The notes: generated by a model not told the origin, from the letters alone. Numbered from the stretch's first letter, positions 25,656-37,788 are shown. The stretch: DNA of 64,000 bases from Rhynchobatus australiae (GCA_034780895.1 JAUZTB010000069.1:19312582-19376581); one strand, 5' to 3'. A program made the numbers and translations.

Positions 25656-26304
25656 TCTCCCCCTCTTCATCTTCCCTTGCCTGGCTAGCCAACCTAATCT
25701 GTGTGCTCATCTTCCCCTTCACCATAGCCAGAGACACATCTACCAAAACCCCACACTTTGATCAAAGTTGTGCAGGTTCAAGAAATCCTTTCATTTCTCA
25801 GCCCTCCCTCAACTTCTGAATTTCAAGTGGGTTTGAACAATGAAAATCAAGCAAATGTGCGCAACCAGCTTTTCTTTCCATTAATCATCAGACAAACTTG
25901 CAGTTACTGAGCATCCTTTCAGGTGATGTGGGTAATGGACCGGAAGTCTCGCTGCTGCTAAAGGCATGATGTTAGCTTGGTCATCACCACCCAGGTCTGC
26001 AGTACCTGCTTTCAATAAGCATTGCACAAAGAATGACATCACCAAGTGCTTATTCTTCAGATTTTCACCTTGTAAATGTAACACATGGCAACTCCCCATC
26101 CAGTTTGCTGAGCTAAGTCATGCTATAAATGTATACTCACAGGTCACACACAAACTTGGGGGTGTTGATATCCATAGCACCAGGAAAATTGGCAGCACAC
26201 ACCCAATTTCATGACATCAGTGTTTTCCTTCCATCAGTCCAATGACCCCTGCCTGTTGAGTCCAGAACAAGGTGGTGTATTATTAGAGTTTCTTCACACT
26301 TATG

Positions 26305-26510
26305 GAGGTACAAGGGATTGCAGATGCTGGAATATGAAGCAGAAATGAAATGCTGGAGGAACTCAGTGGGTCAGACAGCATTTGTAGAGGGAAATAGACA
26401 GTCTATGTTTTGGGCCATCAAGATGAAGGGTCTCAGCCTGAAACATCAGCTGTCCAATATTCTTCCACAACTTGACCCACTGAGTTCCTCCACCAGTTTA
26501 TAGTTTCCTT
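26305..26510. mobile_element. Fold-back (tail-to-tail) Penelope pseudo-LTR mini-element
   Basis: Perfect 20-bp inverted arms at 26354-26373 and 26473-26492 (tggaggaactcagtgggtca). Confidence 0.75.
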
Positions 26511-27224
26511 CACACTAAGCTGCAGTAGAGATCAGAAACTCCCTTGCCTAAAGTGCTGTCAAGGCTGGGATCAACTGAGAACTTCGTAACTGAGATAGTC
26601 AGATCTTATTTGACTGAGGCCATTGCAAATAGAAGTGGCGTTAAGTTACAGATGACTCATGCTCTACATTTGAATGCCCAGACAGGAGAGGTTGCAGAAT
26701 GATCCAGCACCATTGCTTTATGTTTAAGAGAGGAGGATCACGGTAAGCCCCTGGGCTTAGTACAAGTTGGTGAGACCCAGTAGTGAATAAAATGGACCAG
26801 CACCTGACGTGCATAAAGCCCAATTTGTCCTACTACGCTCCCCTCCCCAAATTTATACCAAATAGGATTAACCTGCTCACAATTTCCACTGCATCTTCGT
26901 GATCTGAACTCCATCCCATGCCCAATGCCCATGCACTATGCCCAACCCTAAGGTACAACTTAGACCACAGTGGTCTACGATGAAACCCAATCAATACTTC
27001 TCAAAGGTCAACTGGAGACAAAGAATAAATGCTGGCCTGGACAGTGAAATTCACATTGCAGGAGTCAAAAATAAAAAGAACACTTGGTGGAAAAAAAAGC
27101 CAATGGGTTAAGTGTCAGTGAAACAAATCTGAGCCATGCAGAAGTATGCTTGGGCAATGAGTTCTCAGAGAACAATAGAGGAATCATCACCTAATGGACA
27201 TCCTGCCCAGTGCTTTTATTTAGG

Positions 27225-27770
27225 GTCCTGAGTTCCAATCCCACTCCAGAGACACGAGTCTACAATCCCAACAAAGTACTCAAGATGAATTGGACCACAA
27301 AAGGGTCAATACTGAGAGAGTGTTGAACTATCAGAAGGGCAGAACTAAGGGTGTGATACATTATTGAAGAATCATTATTGAGGGAGTACTGTGTTGCTGA
27401 ACAGTCCATTAAATAGCCAAACACCATCGAAAAGCACAATGCTGAAGATTTGCTGTGCAATTGGATGGCGGAACTGAATGAGTGTTGTATCATTTTGTTG
27501 TTGAATTGAGTCCCATTCTCGGAATACAGATGATCTCAGCTCATGATTTTAAAAAGAAACAGGGAGTTCTCTCCAATGCCCTGGCTAATATTTATCCTCT
27601 AATTAACATTAAACAAGTCATCTGACCATTTATCACAATGTTTGGGGGTCTAGTGTACAAATTGTTTGCTATGTTCCCTACAGAATCCATAACTCAAAAA
27701 CTGTGCTTTAGCTGTAAAGCTCCTTAAGACATCCCAGGGTTGCTAAATATACTTTGTAAATGCAAGGTTT
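27225..27770 (+). mobile_element. Deu-domain SINE
   Basis: gagttccaatcccactccagagac head; agggagttctctccaatgccctggctaatatttatcctc Deu core; taaatgcaag tail. Confidence 0.75.
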
Positions 27771-27989
27771 CTTTTTTTCTCAAGTGGTATCCTCGTTGAG
27801 GCAATTTGAGGCTCCTTAACCTGAGCACTGAAACTCATTATAGCAATAAAATCACCACAGAATTCAGCTCAACCCAACATTCACCATAAAGCCCACATGC
27901 TCTGCCTTGAATCAATTCCATTCATGGTTGAGTTGCTTATTTTCTCTTTGATTTCCACCTGTAAATGTCACAGACACCCCTTTGAATCT

Positions 27990-28300
27990 GTTTCACCAAT
28001 GAGAAATGCTGATAAGTATCTTGTCTCCATCCACACATTTTCTTTCCAATTACCTGAGAACCCTTACACAACAAAAATCTGTTGCTTTCATTTTCAATTG
28101 ACCCTCAGCCTCAAAATTCTTTTGAAAAAGTTTGTCCAGATTTTTACTACTCTTTGTCGGAAAGAAGTACCTCCTGAACAGGCTGGCTTTAATTTTATGG
28201 TTGTGTATAAGAAGAAATATTTTCTCTTTATCCAGACTCTCTACTCCTTTCATCATCTTATACACCACAATTTAATCACCTCATAATCTGCTAAGCAGAC
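27990..28300 (-). mobile_element. CR1 LINE 3' fragment
   Basis: ORF 28050..28268(-) reads VYKMMKGVESLDKEKIFLL. Confidence 0.75.
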
Positions 28301-28469
28301 CAGGCCTGTTCAACCTGTCACTGGTTGACGAAACCAAAGCTGGCATGTTAAGAAAGTACATTTACCCAGCTTGACCTGCTGGGCAGGTCCCACAGGCCTG
28401 TTATTTGCAACACGTTATGCTTCTTTGTCTGAATTCTCTCACTAACTGCTCCCCTTAAACCGTTTGGCC

Positions 28470-28705
28470 GGAGGACTCTTACAACTCATCCCCACACAAC
28501 CCTGGCCTCATCCTATTATAGATATTCCCTTTGTCCTATCCATCCCTCCCACCACCTTCTCTGCAACTTAAAGCCACCATTTTTTAATCTCTCTTTCACA
28601 TTTCTGATAAAAAGAGCATTCTATGTGAAACATTATCCCGGTTTCTCGTTCCAAAGTTGCTGGCTGTCCTGCTGAGTATTCCTACGTTTTCTGCTTTTAT
28701 TTCGT
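28470..28705. mobile_element. Penelope-like 3'/pseudo-LTR fragment
   Basis: ccctttgtcctatcc...ctgcaacttaaa...ttctgataaa...gaaacatt...ctgctgagtattcc...ttctgcttttatttc. Confidence 0.55.
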
Positions 28706-29212
28706 TATTTATTAAACTGGCACCTGTGATGTTCCTTGTACCACCATGTCTCTGCTCAATGTTCAGCTGTCACTGTCCACTGATCTTGCTGCTGAGTTTG
28801 GTTGCACGACTGGAAGCAATATAATAAAAAATATTTCAACTCCATATCTAAAATGCTTATTATGCGAGTTGGCTGTTGAAGTTCCAACACATGTGGATCT
28901 CCAGCTGTGGACCCTGATGGACTTCAAGCACTTGGAAGGGACTAGGGTCAGATGTCTTCATTTTCATTTCCATAATAGGTTCCAGATGATGATCCACGAA
29001 TGCAGAATTTATTTAAATACATTTGTATTTTAAATTTGAAGCTGTACCTTACTATTATCAGTGAAGCAATTCCGCCATATTTATTGTTATTTGAGATACT
29101 TATGACTTCAGGAGGTAACTCTGGCTATTCACCCAAGTTTGTCATGCTGTGTCTGGGTCAGTGCATTTGTTTAGATACTAACATAGGATGAAGCAGCATG
29201 TCGTTGGCTCAC

Positions 29213-29448
29213 ACCTCAAATCAGTGGTGGGAAAGCTGCATGTGGGGTTCAACCTCCTCAAAGCTCCCCGATGAAGGACACATCCTTTGGCATGAGGCTT
29301 TTCCCAATAGGAATTGATGCTTCAGACTCTGTCCTCTACTGGGAGAGATCTGTACACAGCGTCTGCTATAACAGAGTGACATTTGTCCCACAGAGTAGGA
29401 CTTCACTGTTCTACTAGATGGAGTGCCATGAGTAAGGCTATACCCAAA
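29213..29448 (-). pseudogene. Pseudogene exon 7 (C-terminal helical lobe)
   Basis: Acceptor ttctgtctttcttgtag. Different frames give FGYSL / ALHLVEQ*SPTLWD / QSLKHQFLLGK / GKSLMPKDVSF / FEEVEP (compare ITPRIP-family YHLKTALLHL....W...KKLHHFFIGN...AEP.NLF). 3' end uncertain (possible gtgagc donor at 29212). Confidence 0.65.
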
Positions 29449-29599
29449 CTACAAGAAAGACAGAATTGCAGCTGAATTTTGGACGAGAGACAAAATTGCA
29501 GAAAAATTATATTTACTTTGATTCATTGCTGCAATTTGCAAAAATCAGTCTGTATGGTTGTTTGTAGATGGACACAGTTATGAGTTACACTTTTTTCCT

Positions 29600-29800
29600 T
29601 TCACAATCCAAAGACATGTGGGTTGGTAGGTTAACTGGCCACTGCAAATTACCCCTAGTATGTGGGTGTGGTAGGATCTGGGGGGAGTTGATGAGAATTT
29701 GGGGAGAATAAAAAAAATGGGATTAATTTAGGATTAGTCTAAATGGGTGGTTGATGCTCAGCACAGATTCAGGGTTTCTGTGATGTATCTCTCTGTGATG
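29600..29800 (+). mobile_element. HE1 V-SINE 3' part (in pseudogene intron 6)
   Basis: ccaaagacatgtgggttggtaggttaactggccactgcaaattacccctag...aaatgggtggttgatg. Confidence 0.85.
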
Positions 29801-29828
29801 CTACATCATAAAATGAGGAGAGTTTTAC

Positions 29829-30047
29829 CCGGTCAACTTTCGATTATTAACAATATGCTCCTTGCTTCACTGCAGTGATGTGATTGGCTTGGTTTATGTG
29901 GTCTGCTGCAAAAAGAGGTGAATCTAGGGATTGGGATTGGTAGGGCAAATGGCAAACCCCAGAAGTGGTTGAGAGGAAAGTCAGAGACCTCAGAAGCTGA
30001 AGTTGAATGGACGATCTGGCCTGTCGCAGCAAAGGACCAGCATACGT
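29829..30047 (-). pseudogene. Pseudogene exon 6 (219 nt)
   Basis: acattgcag| acceptor and CGG|gtaaaa donor. The entry frame reads DVCWSFAATG...LNHFWGLPFA (compare DWLLSFA); after frameshifts ANHITAVKQ and IVNNRKLTG (compare ACHLSCLQ..SKQSRLTG). Confidence 0.65.
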
Positions 30048-30289
30048 CTGCAATGTTGCATTTTAAGTAGGGCCTTACCATGGAACTTCAAAAAATAGGG
30101 TTAACCATATCACAGTGGCCCTTGGAATGTGGGGCAGTGCCCAACCTAGCCCAGGAGCTGTCCACACAGTTTAAATTGGTGATGGGAGGAATCGCTTGTG
30201 TCCCAAGAATGACCAGTTTGCTTATTCTCAGCTTCCATACATTGTGAGGTTATTTTAACAGAAACTAAATGGTATCAGATTAGTCACTC

Positions 30290-30670
30290 ATTATAAACCA
30301 ACCCCAGTGCACACCTACTTTGCTCTTGGCAATTATCCATAGGCACAATGTACATCTGTCCCATTACACATTTGGACTCATTAAGCACCGACCAATTTTA
30401 CATCTGCACATTACACATACCCATTATGCACTCTTGCTGGCTGCATGATCTGCCACAATTAAGGGAATATGCTCTGGGTCAGACTGTTCCACGAGTCTGA
30501 AGGAATGCCACATGGTCAGAGATGCCATCCTTCAGGCAATCTGCTAAATCCAGCTGGTCCCGTTATACACAAACTGTCATTTTAAAACCCATTATGCACC
30601 CACCCATTATACACTTGTCTGTTACAGAGACTGCCCATTATACATGCCCCATTATGCACCTACTGTTAGA
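30290..30670. repeat. Degenerate ~16-bp repeat (cccattat(a/g)cac...)
   Basis: Many cccattacac/cccattatgcac/cccattatac units in two clusters. Confidence 0.7.
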
Positions 30671-30869
30671 TACAAATTTTCTTTGGTAATTTGTTTGCAA
30701 CAGCTTATCACATAGTTATGTTTCATTTGCCACATGTTTAACAACAATAATTGTATGTTTTCATCCTGACTCTTAATATGTGCATTAATATAGCAACATC
30801 TCCAATACCTTACCGCAATGTCATACCCATGTATTTAACTAATCTCATGTTTATTCGATACCTGTGGCA

Positions 30870-31160
30870 TCACTTGGGAACATTACAGTGCTCTTTCTTT
30901 CAATAACATACTGACTTGTTATTTGGGAAACCAGAGTAACCATTTTGAACATAGCAAGGACCCACAAATGACTAAGAACTGAATGACTGGTTAACCTTCC
31001 AGGGATGACGTTGATGAAGGATTTGTTGGCCTGGACTTCAAAAACAAAACCTTGCCCTTTAATCAAAGGGTGCCCATAGGGCATCTGTTTAATAGATCAC
31101 CTGAAGGGTGGCATCTCTGACCATGCAGCACTCCTTCAGTGCCACACAACATTATGAGCC
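30870..31160 (-). mobile_element. Deu-domain SINE fragment
   Basis: catagcaaggacccacaaa...gatttgttggcctggac...gaagggtggcatctctgaccatgcagcactccttcagt is the reverse complement of the Deu-SINE core. Confidence 0.7.
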
Positions 31161-32109
31161 AGAAGATTTTCCAATCTTCTGAGTCTTGTATCATCTGCAA
31201 ACTTTGAAATTATGCAATTACGTCCTGTGTCCCCAACTCCAGGTCAGTAATACATTACAATAAGCAGTGGTCCTAACACTGACCTCACCATGTGCTTCCC
31301 ATCCAAATGATGCAGCTACAATATTCACCCCCAGAGGTCACATGCAGCAACTGTCCGTGCCCAATCTGACCTTGAAATCCCACATTCCTACTCGTCGGAG
31401 GCCAAAATCTGATACCCTTTGATCGATGCCCCACCCTCAGCTTGTTCCCAGCTTCTTGCTCTACCTGTGCCTCAGGACCACTGGTAGCCTCTGACCTGCA
31501 GAGCTGCGGAATCAAAGGCACCAAGCAAATCAAAGGCAGCCATTTGTGGAGCTGATCCTGAGCTGTAAGCAGTGGGTTAACCCAAGAATTGGCCCAGTGG
31601 AGTCTGCTCAGTCTCTCTTTGCATTCACTCCATGCCAGATCAACCCCCTGACGTGATTTAATATATAAAAATTAAAAACACATCTCTCTCTCATTGTTGA
31701 GAAAAGATGTTTTGAGTTGAGTGCTGCAGAGTGTGGAGAATGCAAAACATGGCCACGGCAGAAATTCTGGGAAAATCATTGTTGAGACAGATGGAAATAA
31801 TTGGAATCTTTCTCATGTTCATTTTAAACTGAATGTACAAGCGATGTCAGCAGTTACTCTGTTCTCTTGCACAGTGAGAGACATTCAAATGGGGGAGTGA
31901 GAAAGACCTTGTCCCCTCCTGCCACTTCTGCATCTTTAACGTTCCCCCCCCCCATCATTTGTGGACAAGCATCACCTCCTCAGACCTTAACATGGGGCAC
32001 AGCAGCAACAGCAAGATGGCAGGGAGATGGAATCAGACATTTCTGTAATTAATATACTCATTCACACTCCAGCAAGAAACCGACCTTTCCCTATTCACAT
32101 CAGAGCATC

Positions 32110-33780
32110 ACTGCTTTTTGATAAAGTAGTAATGAGGATTGATGAAGAAATTAGGTACTTTTTAAAGCTGTTTGACAAAGTACCCCATAGCAAAATGCAT
32201 AGCATTTTAGCAATTAGCAATATGAATGCCATTGGGATTAAGGGGACTACGGCAGTCTGGATGAAAAAATTAGCTCTGGGATAGAAAGACAGTTCTGAAC
32301 AGTTATTTTTCAGAAAGGAAGAAAGCATGCAGTAAGGCCAATATAGGACCACTGTTTATTGTAATGTATTACTGACCTAGAGTTGGGTACACATGGCATA
32401 ATTGCATAATTTCAAAGGCTGCAGACAATACAAAACTCAGAAATGTAATAAGCAATGAGAATCGAAACAACAGGCTCAGGAGACATTAATGGGTGAATTT
32501 AGCAGATTCAATCAATGTCAAGTGATATAAAAGAGAAAATGCTGGAAATATGAAGAAGATCAGGCAGCAGAAATTGAGAGAGAAACAGAACNNNNNNNNN
32601 NGGTCAATAATTCTAAGGCAATGACCTAACATTTTAGCTCTATTTCTCTCCCCATGGATACTGCCTAACCTCCTCGGTATTTACAGAAAATACTGTTTTA
32701 TCACAGATTTCTTGCATTTGCAGTATTTTGATTTGATAGTGTCAAGTGAAGCCTTTGGATAGGAAGATGAAGCAGAGACCAATGAACTAAAATATGTAGT
32801 ATAAATTTTAAATTGCTGCAGGAACTCAGAAACCAGGGTATGTGTTCACTATTGTTTGAAAGCAGCAGACAAGTTGAGAGTGCGTTCAGAACTCTTGGCT
32901 TTATAATTCGTGAAATGGAGAACATAAACAGAGAAGTTATACTAAAACTTCACAAAACCCTGGCAACATCTCAGCGGGAGCACTGAGTTCAGTTCTGGCA
33001 CCACATTTTAGGAAGGGTATCACAGTCCTGGAGAGGATGGAGAAGATATTTATCAGAATAATTCCAGAGATGTAAAAATTTGCATATGGTGAGACTGGAG
33101 AAATAGTTCTGTGCTCCTTAGAGCAAAGAAGGTTAAGAGAGTTGATAGAGATGTTCAAAATCACAATGTGCGAGTCAAAAGGGAGTGTTTCCACTGATGA
33201 GAGGTCGGGTGGAGGGTGGGTCAGGCCAGGCTAATCTGAGGACTCAGAGTTACTGTGGCTCACAAAGGACACAGCAGGAGAAAAGGAAATCTTTTTATGC
33301 AGCAAGCCATTGTGATCTAGAGAGTCTCAATCAAGGGGACATGGTTTCAAGGTAAGGAGTCAGTCAATTAAAACTGAGCTACGTAGAAATTTCTTTTCAG
33401 AAGGGAGTGAATCTCTGGAATTCTCTGCCCCAGAGAGTTGTGGAGGTTGGAATTATTTAAAATAGAGGTGGATATATTTTGGAAAGACCAGAGGATTGAG
33501 GGTTAGATCAGCCATGAACACATGGAATGGCGGAGCGGGCGCAAGGGGCCTGGTGACCTACTCTTGCTCCCATTTTCATGTGTTCTTGTGGAATGCACTG
33601 CCTGAAAGGGCAGGGAAGCAGACTTCAGAAACATTTAAAGAGGAATTGTCTAATTATTTGAAAATATGCAGGGGGTGGGGAAAATGCAGGTGTAGGACAC
33701 TAATCAGACAGGTCTTTCAAAGAACTTGCACAGGAAAGGTGTGCCAAATGGCCTCGTTCTGTGCTGCCAAGATTCCATTA
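32110..33780 (+). mobile_element. CR1 LINE RT/3' region with nested Penelope fold-back (~32525-32735) and a nested CR1 3' end
   Basis: FDKVVMRIDE...KLFDKVPHSK, gctgcagacaatacaaaact (ADNTK) and LERMEKIFIRIIP motifs; two CR1 tails. Confidence 0.8.
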
Positions 33781-33954
33781 CTTCTCTCAGCATCTGTCCA
33801 ACACCCTTGGTAACCATTGCCTTCAGTACCCAACTTATCACTCACACTCAAGGCTGACTTCACCATTACCTTCAATGCAGAATCCACCCAGGTGCCTGCT
33901 GCCAGTCACGGATCACCCGGAAATGATTAATCTGGGGTCAGGACTGGATAGGAC

Positions 33955-34280
33955 TAGAAGAGCCACTGCCTCACTGGGTTCAATCCTGACCTCAGGTGCT
34001 GTCTGTGTGGAGCTTATACATTCTCCCTGTGACTACATGGGTTTCCTCCTGGTGCTCCAATTTTTTCCTACACCCCAAAGGTGTGTGGGGTCAGTAGGTT
34101 AATTGGCCATCGTACATTGCCCCTGGTGTGTAGGCGAGTAGTAGATTCTGGGGGAAGTTAATGAGAACATGGGGAGAATAAAAAAAATGGGATCAATGTG
34201 GGATTAGTGTAAATGGGTGGTTGATGGTTGGCATGGACTCGATGGGCTGAAGGGCCCGTGTCTGTACCAATCGTGTATGT
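33955..34280 (+). mobile_element. HE1-type V-SINE (near full length)
   Basis: ctgggttcaatcctgacctcaggtgctgtctgtgtggag...ttctccctgtgactacatgggtttcctcc...gactcgatgggctgaagggcc. Confidence 0.9.
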
Positions 34281-34968
34281 GACATGATGAAGAGGTAATG
34301 GAATAGAAAACTGACAAACAGCCGCAGACTCTGAGCCCAGATTTGGGATTCCAGGCACACAAGCCCAAGCTTTCCATGAGTCAACTGCTTGGCTTGAGCT
34401 TTGGGAGTTCCTTCAGCTGGTGATCAACTGACACATGACCAACACTGATAACACACTCACATTACTGAAACCAAACAGGGTTGTCCTGTGACCACACTGT
34501 AATGCAGCAGAGAATGAGGGAGGCTGTGAAACTTCTTGGCATTGAACCAAACACAAACTCCATGGTCAATCTGTCACCAGCCTATTTGGTGAGGGTCCCT
34601 TGAGAACATACTCAGGTTCTGTCTCATTGCCTGAGATTCACTGCGGGGCCAGCATTTATTGTCCACCCTCGGGTGTGCTGATTAAATGATGGGTGGCATA
34701 TTGGATCTTGTTGTGCCTGTTCCCCAGGTGGAATATGTGGGCATTGTGGGATTAACCCTTCTGTACTGAACAAATTCTGCAAAACCTGAAGGGTTATACT
34801 GGTTCAGGCACTAAACTCATTGCCAAAACAGATCCCTGCCCACTTGAAATATGCTAATAATAAGGGTATGCTAATAATAATAATCTGTGTTATTTCCCAT
34901 TCTGTTAACGAGAGGTACGGGGATTGGCAGGCAAGTGGAGTTTAAAAAGGCATAAATTTATTCAGCAC

Positions 34969-35325
34969 CTTTCACTGGTTCAAGAAGGTCCCAAAGCATT
35001 TCACCATTTTGCAGCTGATGACAATATCCACAGAGCCCCAGGCCTGGTAATCCTGGCAGGACATTTTTTCACCATGCCCAGATAACACCAGCCAGTTGGC
35101 ACCAACCAACCAGCAACCCTTGGAGCCAGTTTCACACTGTGGGGCTGCAGTCCACATTGACCTACTATGGCAAGAGTGCCGTTTCCTTGACAACCCTCGA
35201 GCTTTCACAACACTCCAACTGCTCTGGGGATACTTGGTCTGATTCTAATCTACGAATGACCAGATTTCTGTATTTACAGCTTGCTCCAATGGGATTGTAA
35301 ACTCATGAATTTCTGGTTGCCTGTT
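34969..35325 (-). pseudogene. Pseudogene exon 5 (357 nt, phase 1-1)
   Basis: tattatag| acceptor and a weak AAG|gtgctg donor. Frame reads QATRNS*VYNPIGASCKYRNLVIRRLESDQVSPEQLECCESSRVVKETALLP**VNVDCSPTV*NWLQGLLVGWCQLAG...QNGEMLWDLLEPVK. Confidence 0.65.
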
Positions 35326-35989
35326 CTATAATATAACCTCTCAGGCAATGTGCTCACGTCACTTGACATCTCAGATAACCTTACCACCAACAATGTAGAG
35401 CAGTATGTGCCAGCTCACACCTGGCAATCATCACACCCATATCGGACCTCAATCCAACATCCCCAAGGTCAGGAGAGAGACCACAAGCTGATCCCTGAGA
35501 GCAGGAGTGAGACCTTCAACTGATCCCTCAGAACAGGAGTGAGCGCTGCACATCTCAAGTGGACAAGTGATTTGAAGCTGAGAAGCTGCACTCTGCCACA
35601 TCATTACAGAGAGTCTCGATCTTGCAAGGTGATTAACAGTTGGAATCACAACTCCTACACTTTGGTATTAAAGGGGGATCAGCTAGAGGAATTATTCCTG
35701 AGGTCATGGCTTTCTACAGAATCGATTTTTGGCCATGTAAAGCTTTTCCTTATCTTGCAGTTTTCTCCGTTCACTGAGGGGAGGAAGTCAGTAGGAGCAC
35801 AGATTGTAACTCTGTTGTCAGAGGAAAAGTTCAATGGTTGTATAACATATCCTCAGTCACAGGTTGTTTGGAAATTGTAGCAGCCTTGGTTTAATTGGAA
35901 GCTCTCCTATTTCTGGGCCCTAAGGTCATGGGTTTTAACCCCAGAGATTCACACATATAATGCAGGCTGGGGATTCCGAAGAACCATAA

Positions 35990-36550
35990 AGGCAGTGCTG
36001 CACTGTCAGAGGGGCAGTGCCGAGGGAGTGCTGGACTGTCAGAGGGGCAGTACTGAGGGAGTGCTGCACCGTGAGAGGGGCAGTACCGAGGGAGTGCTGC
36101 ACCATCAGAGGGGCAGTACTGAGGGAGTGCTGCACCGTGAGAGGGGCAGTACCGAGGGAGTGCTGCACCGTCAGAGGGGCAGTAGCGAGCGAGGGCNNNN
36201 NNNNNNNNNNNNNNNNNNNNNNNNNNNNNNNNNNNNNNNNNNNNNNNNNNNNNNNNNNNNNNNNNNNNNNNNNNNNNNNNNNNNNNNNNNNNNNNNGGAG
36301 GGGTATGACTGAGGGAGTGCGGCACCATGAGAGGGGCAGTACTGAGGGAGCGCTGCACCGTCAGAGGGGCAGTACCGAGGGAGCGCTGCACCGTCAGAGG
36401 GGCAGTACCGAGGGAGCGCTGCACCGTCAGAGGGGCAGTGCCGAGGGAGCGCTGCACCGTCAGAGGGGCAGTACCGAGGGAGTGCTGTATTCTTTAATGG
36501 CCAGAACCGAGGGAGCACTACACTGTCTGATGAGCAGAACTGAGGGAGGG
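35990..36550 (+). repeat. 33-bp minisatellite (gagggagtgctgcaccgtcagaggggcagtac(c/t)), gapped
   Basis: At least 11 near-identical units are visible. The unit matches an internal Deu-SINE segment and follows a SINE head at ~35915-35990. Confidence 0.92.
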
Positions 36551-36639
36551 CTCTACTATCCAAGACCAGGAGAGATTGAGTGACACAAGAAGTGGTGGGG
36601 CCGGTTGAAGAAGTGGGGTGGGGGGTGAAGGCTCGGGAA

Positions 36640-36950
36640 TAGACAAAGGTAGGTCTTGAGGTGGTGCAGATAGGAAGAGATGAATAAAATCTGTAAGTAC
36701 TAGATGGAGAAGAGGGAAACAAAACTGTAAGATTAAAAACCAGAAATGCTGATTATCTGAAATTCTAGGAACAGTGTAGGAGGCCAAAGACTGAGGTCAG
36801 CATAGAAGTGGAATGGAGAACTAAAGTGACAGGCAACTAGAAGCTCAGGGTGTCCCTACAGACTGAACAGGAACATTCTGCAAAGAGGTCACCCAATCAG
36901 CATCTTGTTTCCTTAATGTAGAGACCCATTCCCCATAGTGAACATATTAC
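36640..36950 (-). mobile_element. Penelope-like GIY-YIG fragment (old)
   Basis: The minus strand gives LYIKETRC*LGDLFAE, a decayed copy of the 49800-49970 segment. Confidence 0.6.
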
Positions 36951-36962
36951 AGGTCTACTTAC

Positions 36963-37085
36963 CACAAGGATCTCTGTCCACTTCTTGAAACTTCAGTGCA
37001 AAGGACACAGAATTCCCAGGGTAAAGTGGGAACAGTAAGCCATGGCCAGCACATGTCTGGTGAATAATTCCACATTATAGAACAT
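36963..37085 (-). pseudogene. Pseudogene exon 4 (123 nt, phase 1-1)
   Basis: gcattacag| acceptor and GTG|gtaagt donor. Frame reads DVL*CGIIHQTCAGHGLLFPLYPGNSVSFALKFQEVDRDPC. Confidence 0.72.
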
Positions 37086-37788
37086 CTGTAATGCAATATG
37101 TGTTTGAGAGATGGTTCCAAGAGGACATGAGTCAATAACAAAATTGCCCTTCATCCAGGCAACATCATGTTGGGTCACACCAAGGTGTCAGGGGTTTAAC
37201 ATGTTGAACAGCACTGAACAGGGGAGCAAATGCTCAAATGAAGATTGCATGGACATCTTTGATGGCTCACTGTAGAGGAAGCTCTGCTTTGTACCCATCC
37301 CTTACAGTACCTGCTTGAGGAAAGTTCAATGCCAATAGCAGGTTTCACATTAATCAGTCTTCCGCTCCCGTTCACTGACCCTCATTCAATGGTGAAGGAA
37401 ATAATTCCCAAGAAATATGCTTCAAAAAAATAAATGAAGCTGCATGTTTGGAGAAAGATGACAAATTTTAATTTAAAAATGACAATTTCAACAAATTGTC
37501 AAATCATTGCAACAAATCATTTGCAGCTTTGGGTTGCTGTGTGCCTTTTTGCATTTACACACACATTTCATGTCTGCATAAACGTTTGTGCCCAGATATG
37601 CACATACATGTCAGTTTGTATTTGTGTAAATCTATATTTTAACCGGACAGGAAAGCTAGTAGGAAAGAGAGGGTAAGGCTGATTTTGTGTAAATGTAAAC
37701 CCAGTGATGAGTCACTGCAACATTACTTCATGGTGTGTCATTATTTATAGTTCAAGTACAGAAATGGAAAATCAGCCTGTGTTCCTAC

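Noticed and set aside
35990-36550. Regular 33-bp repeats resembling a CRISPR array (also 9845-10215 and 56270-56700)
   Set aside because: The units are contiguous with no unique spacers, there are no cas genes, and the context is vertebrate. They are minisatellites.
35891-36722. Repetitive ORFs (QRSLGTAPLTV, ECCTVRGAVPR)
   Set aside because: These are translations of a 33-bp repeat that is open in many frames on both strands.
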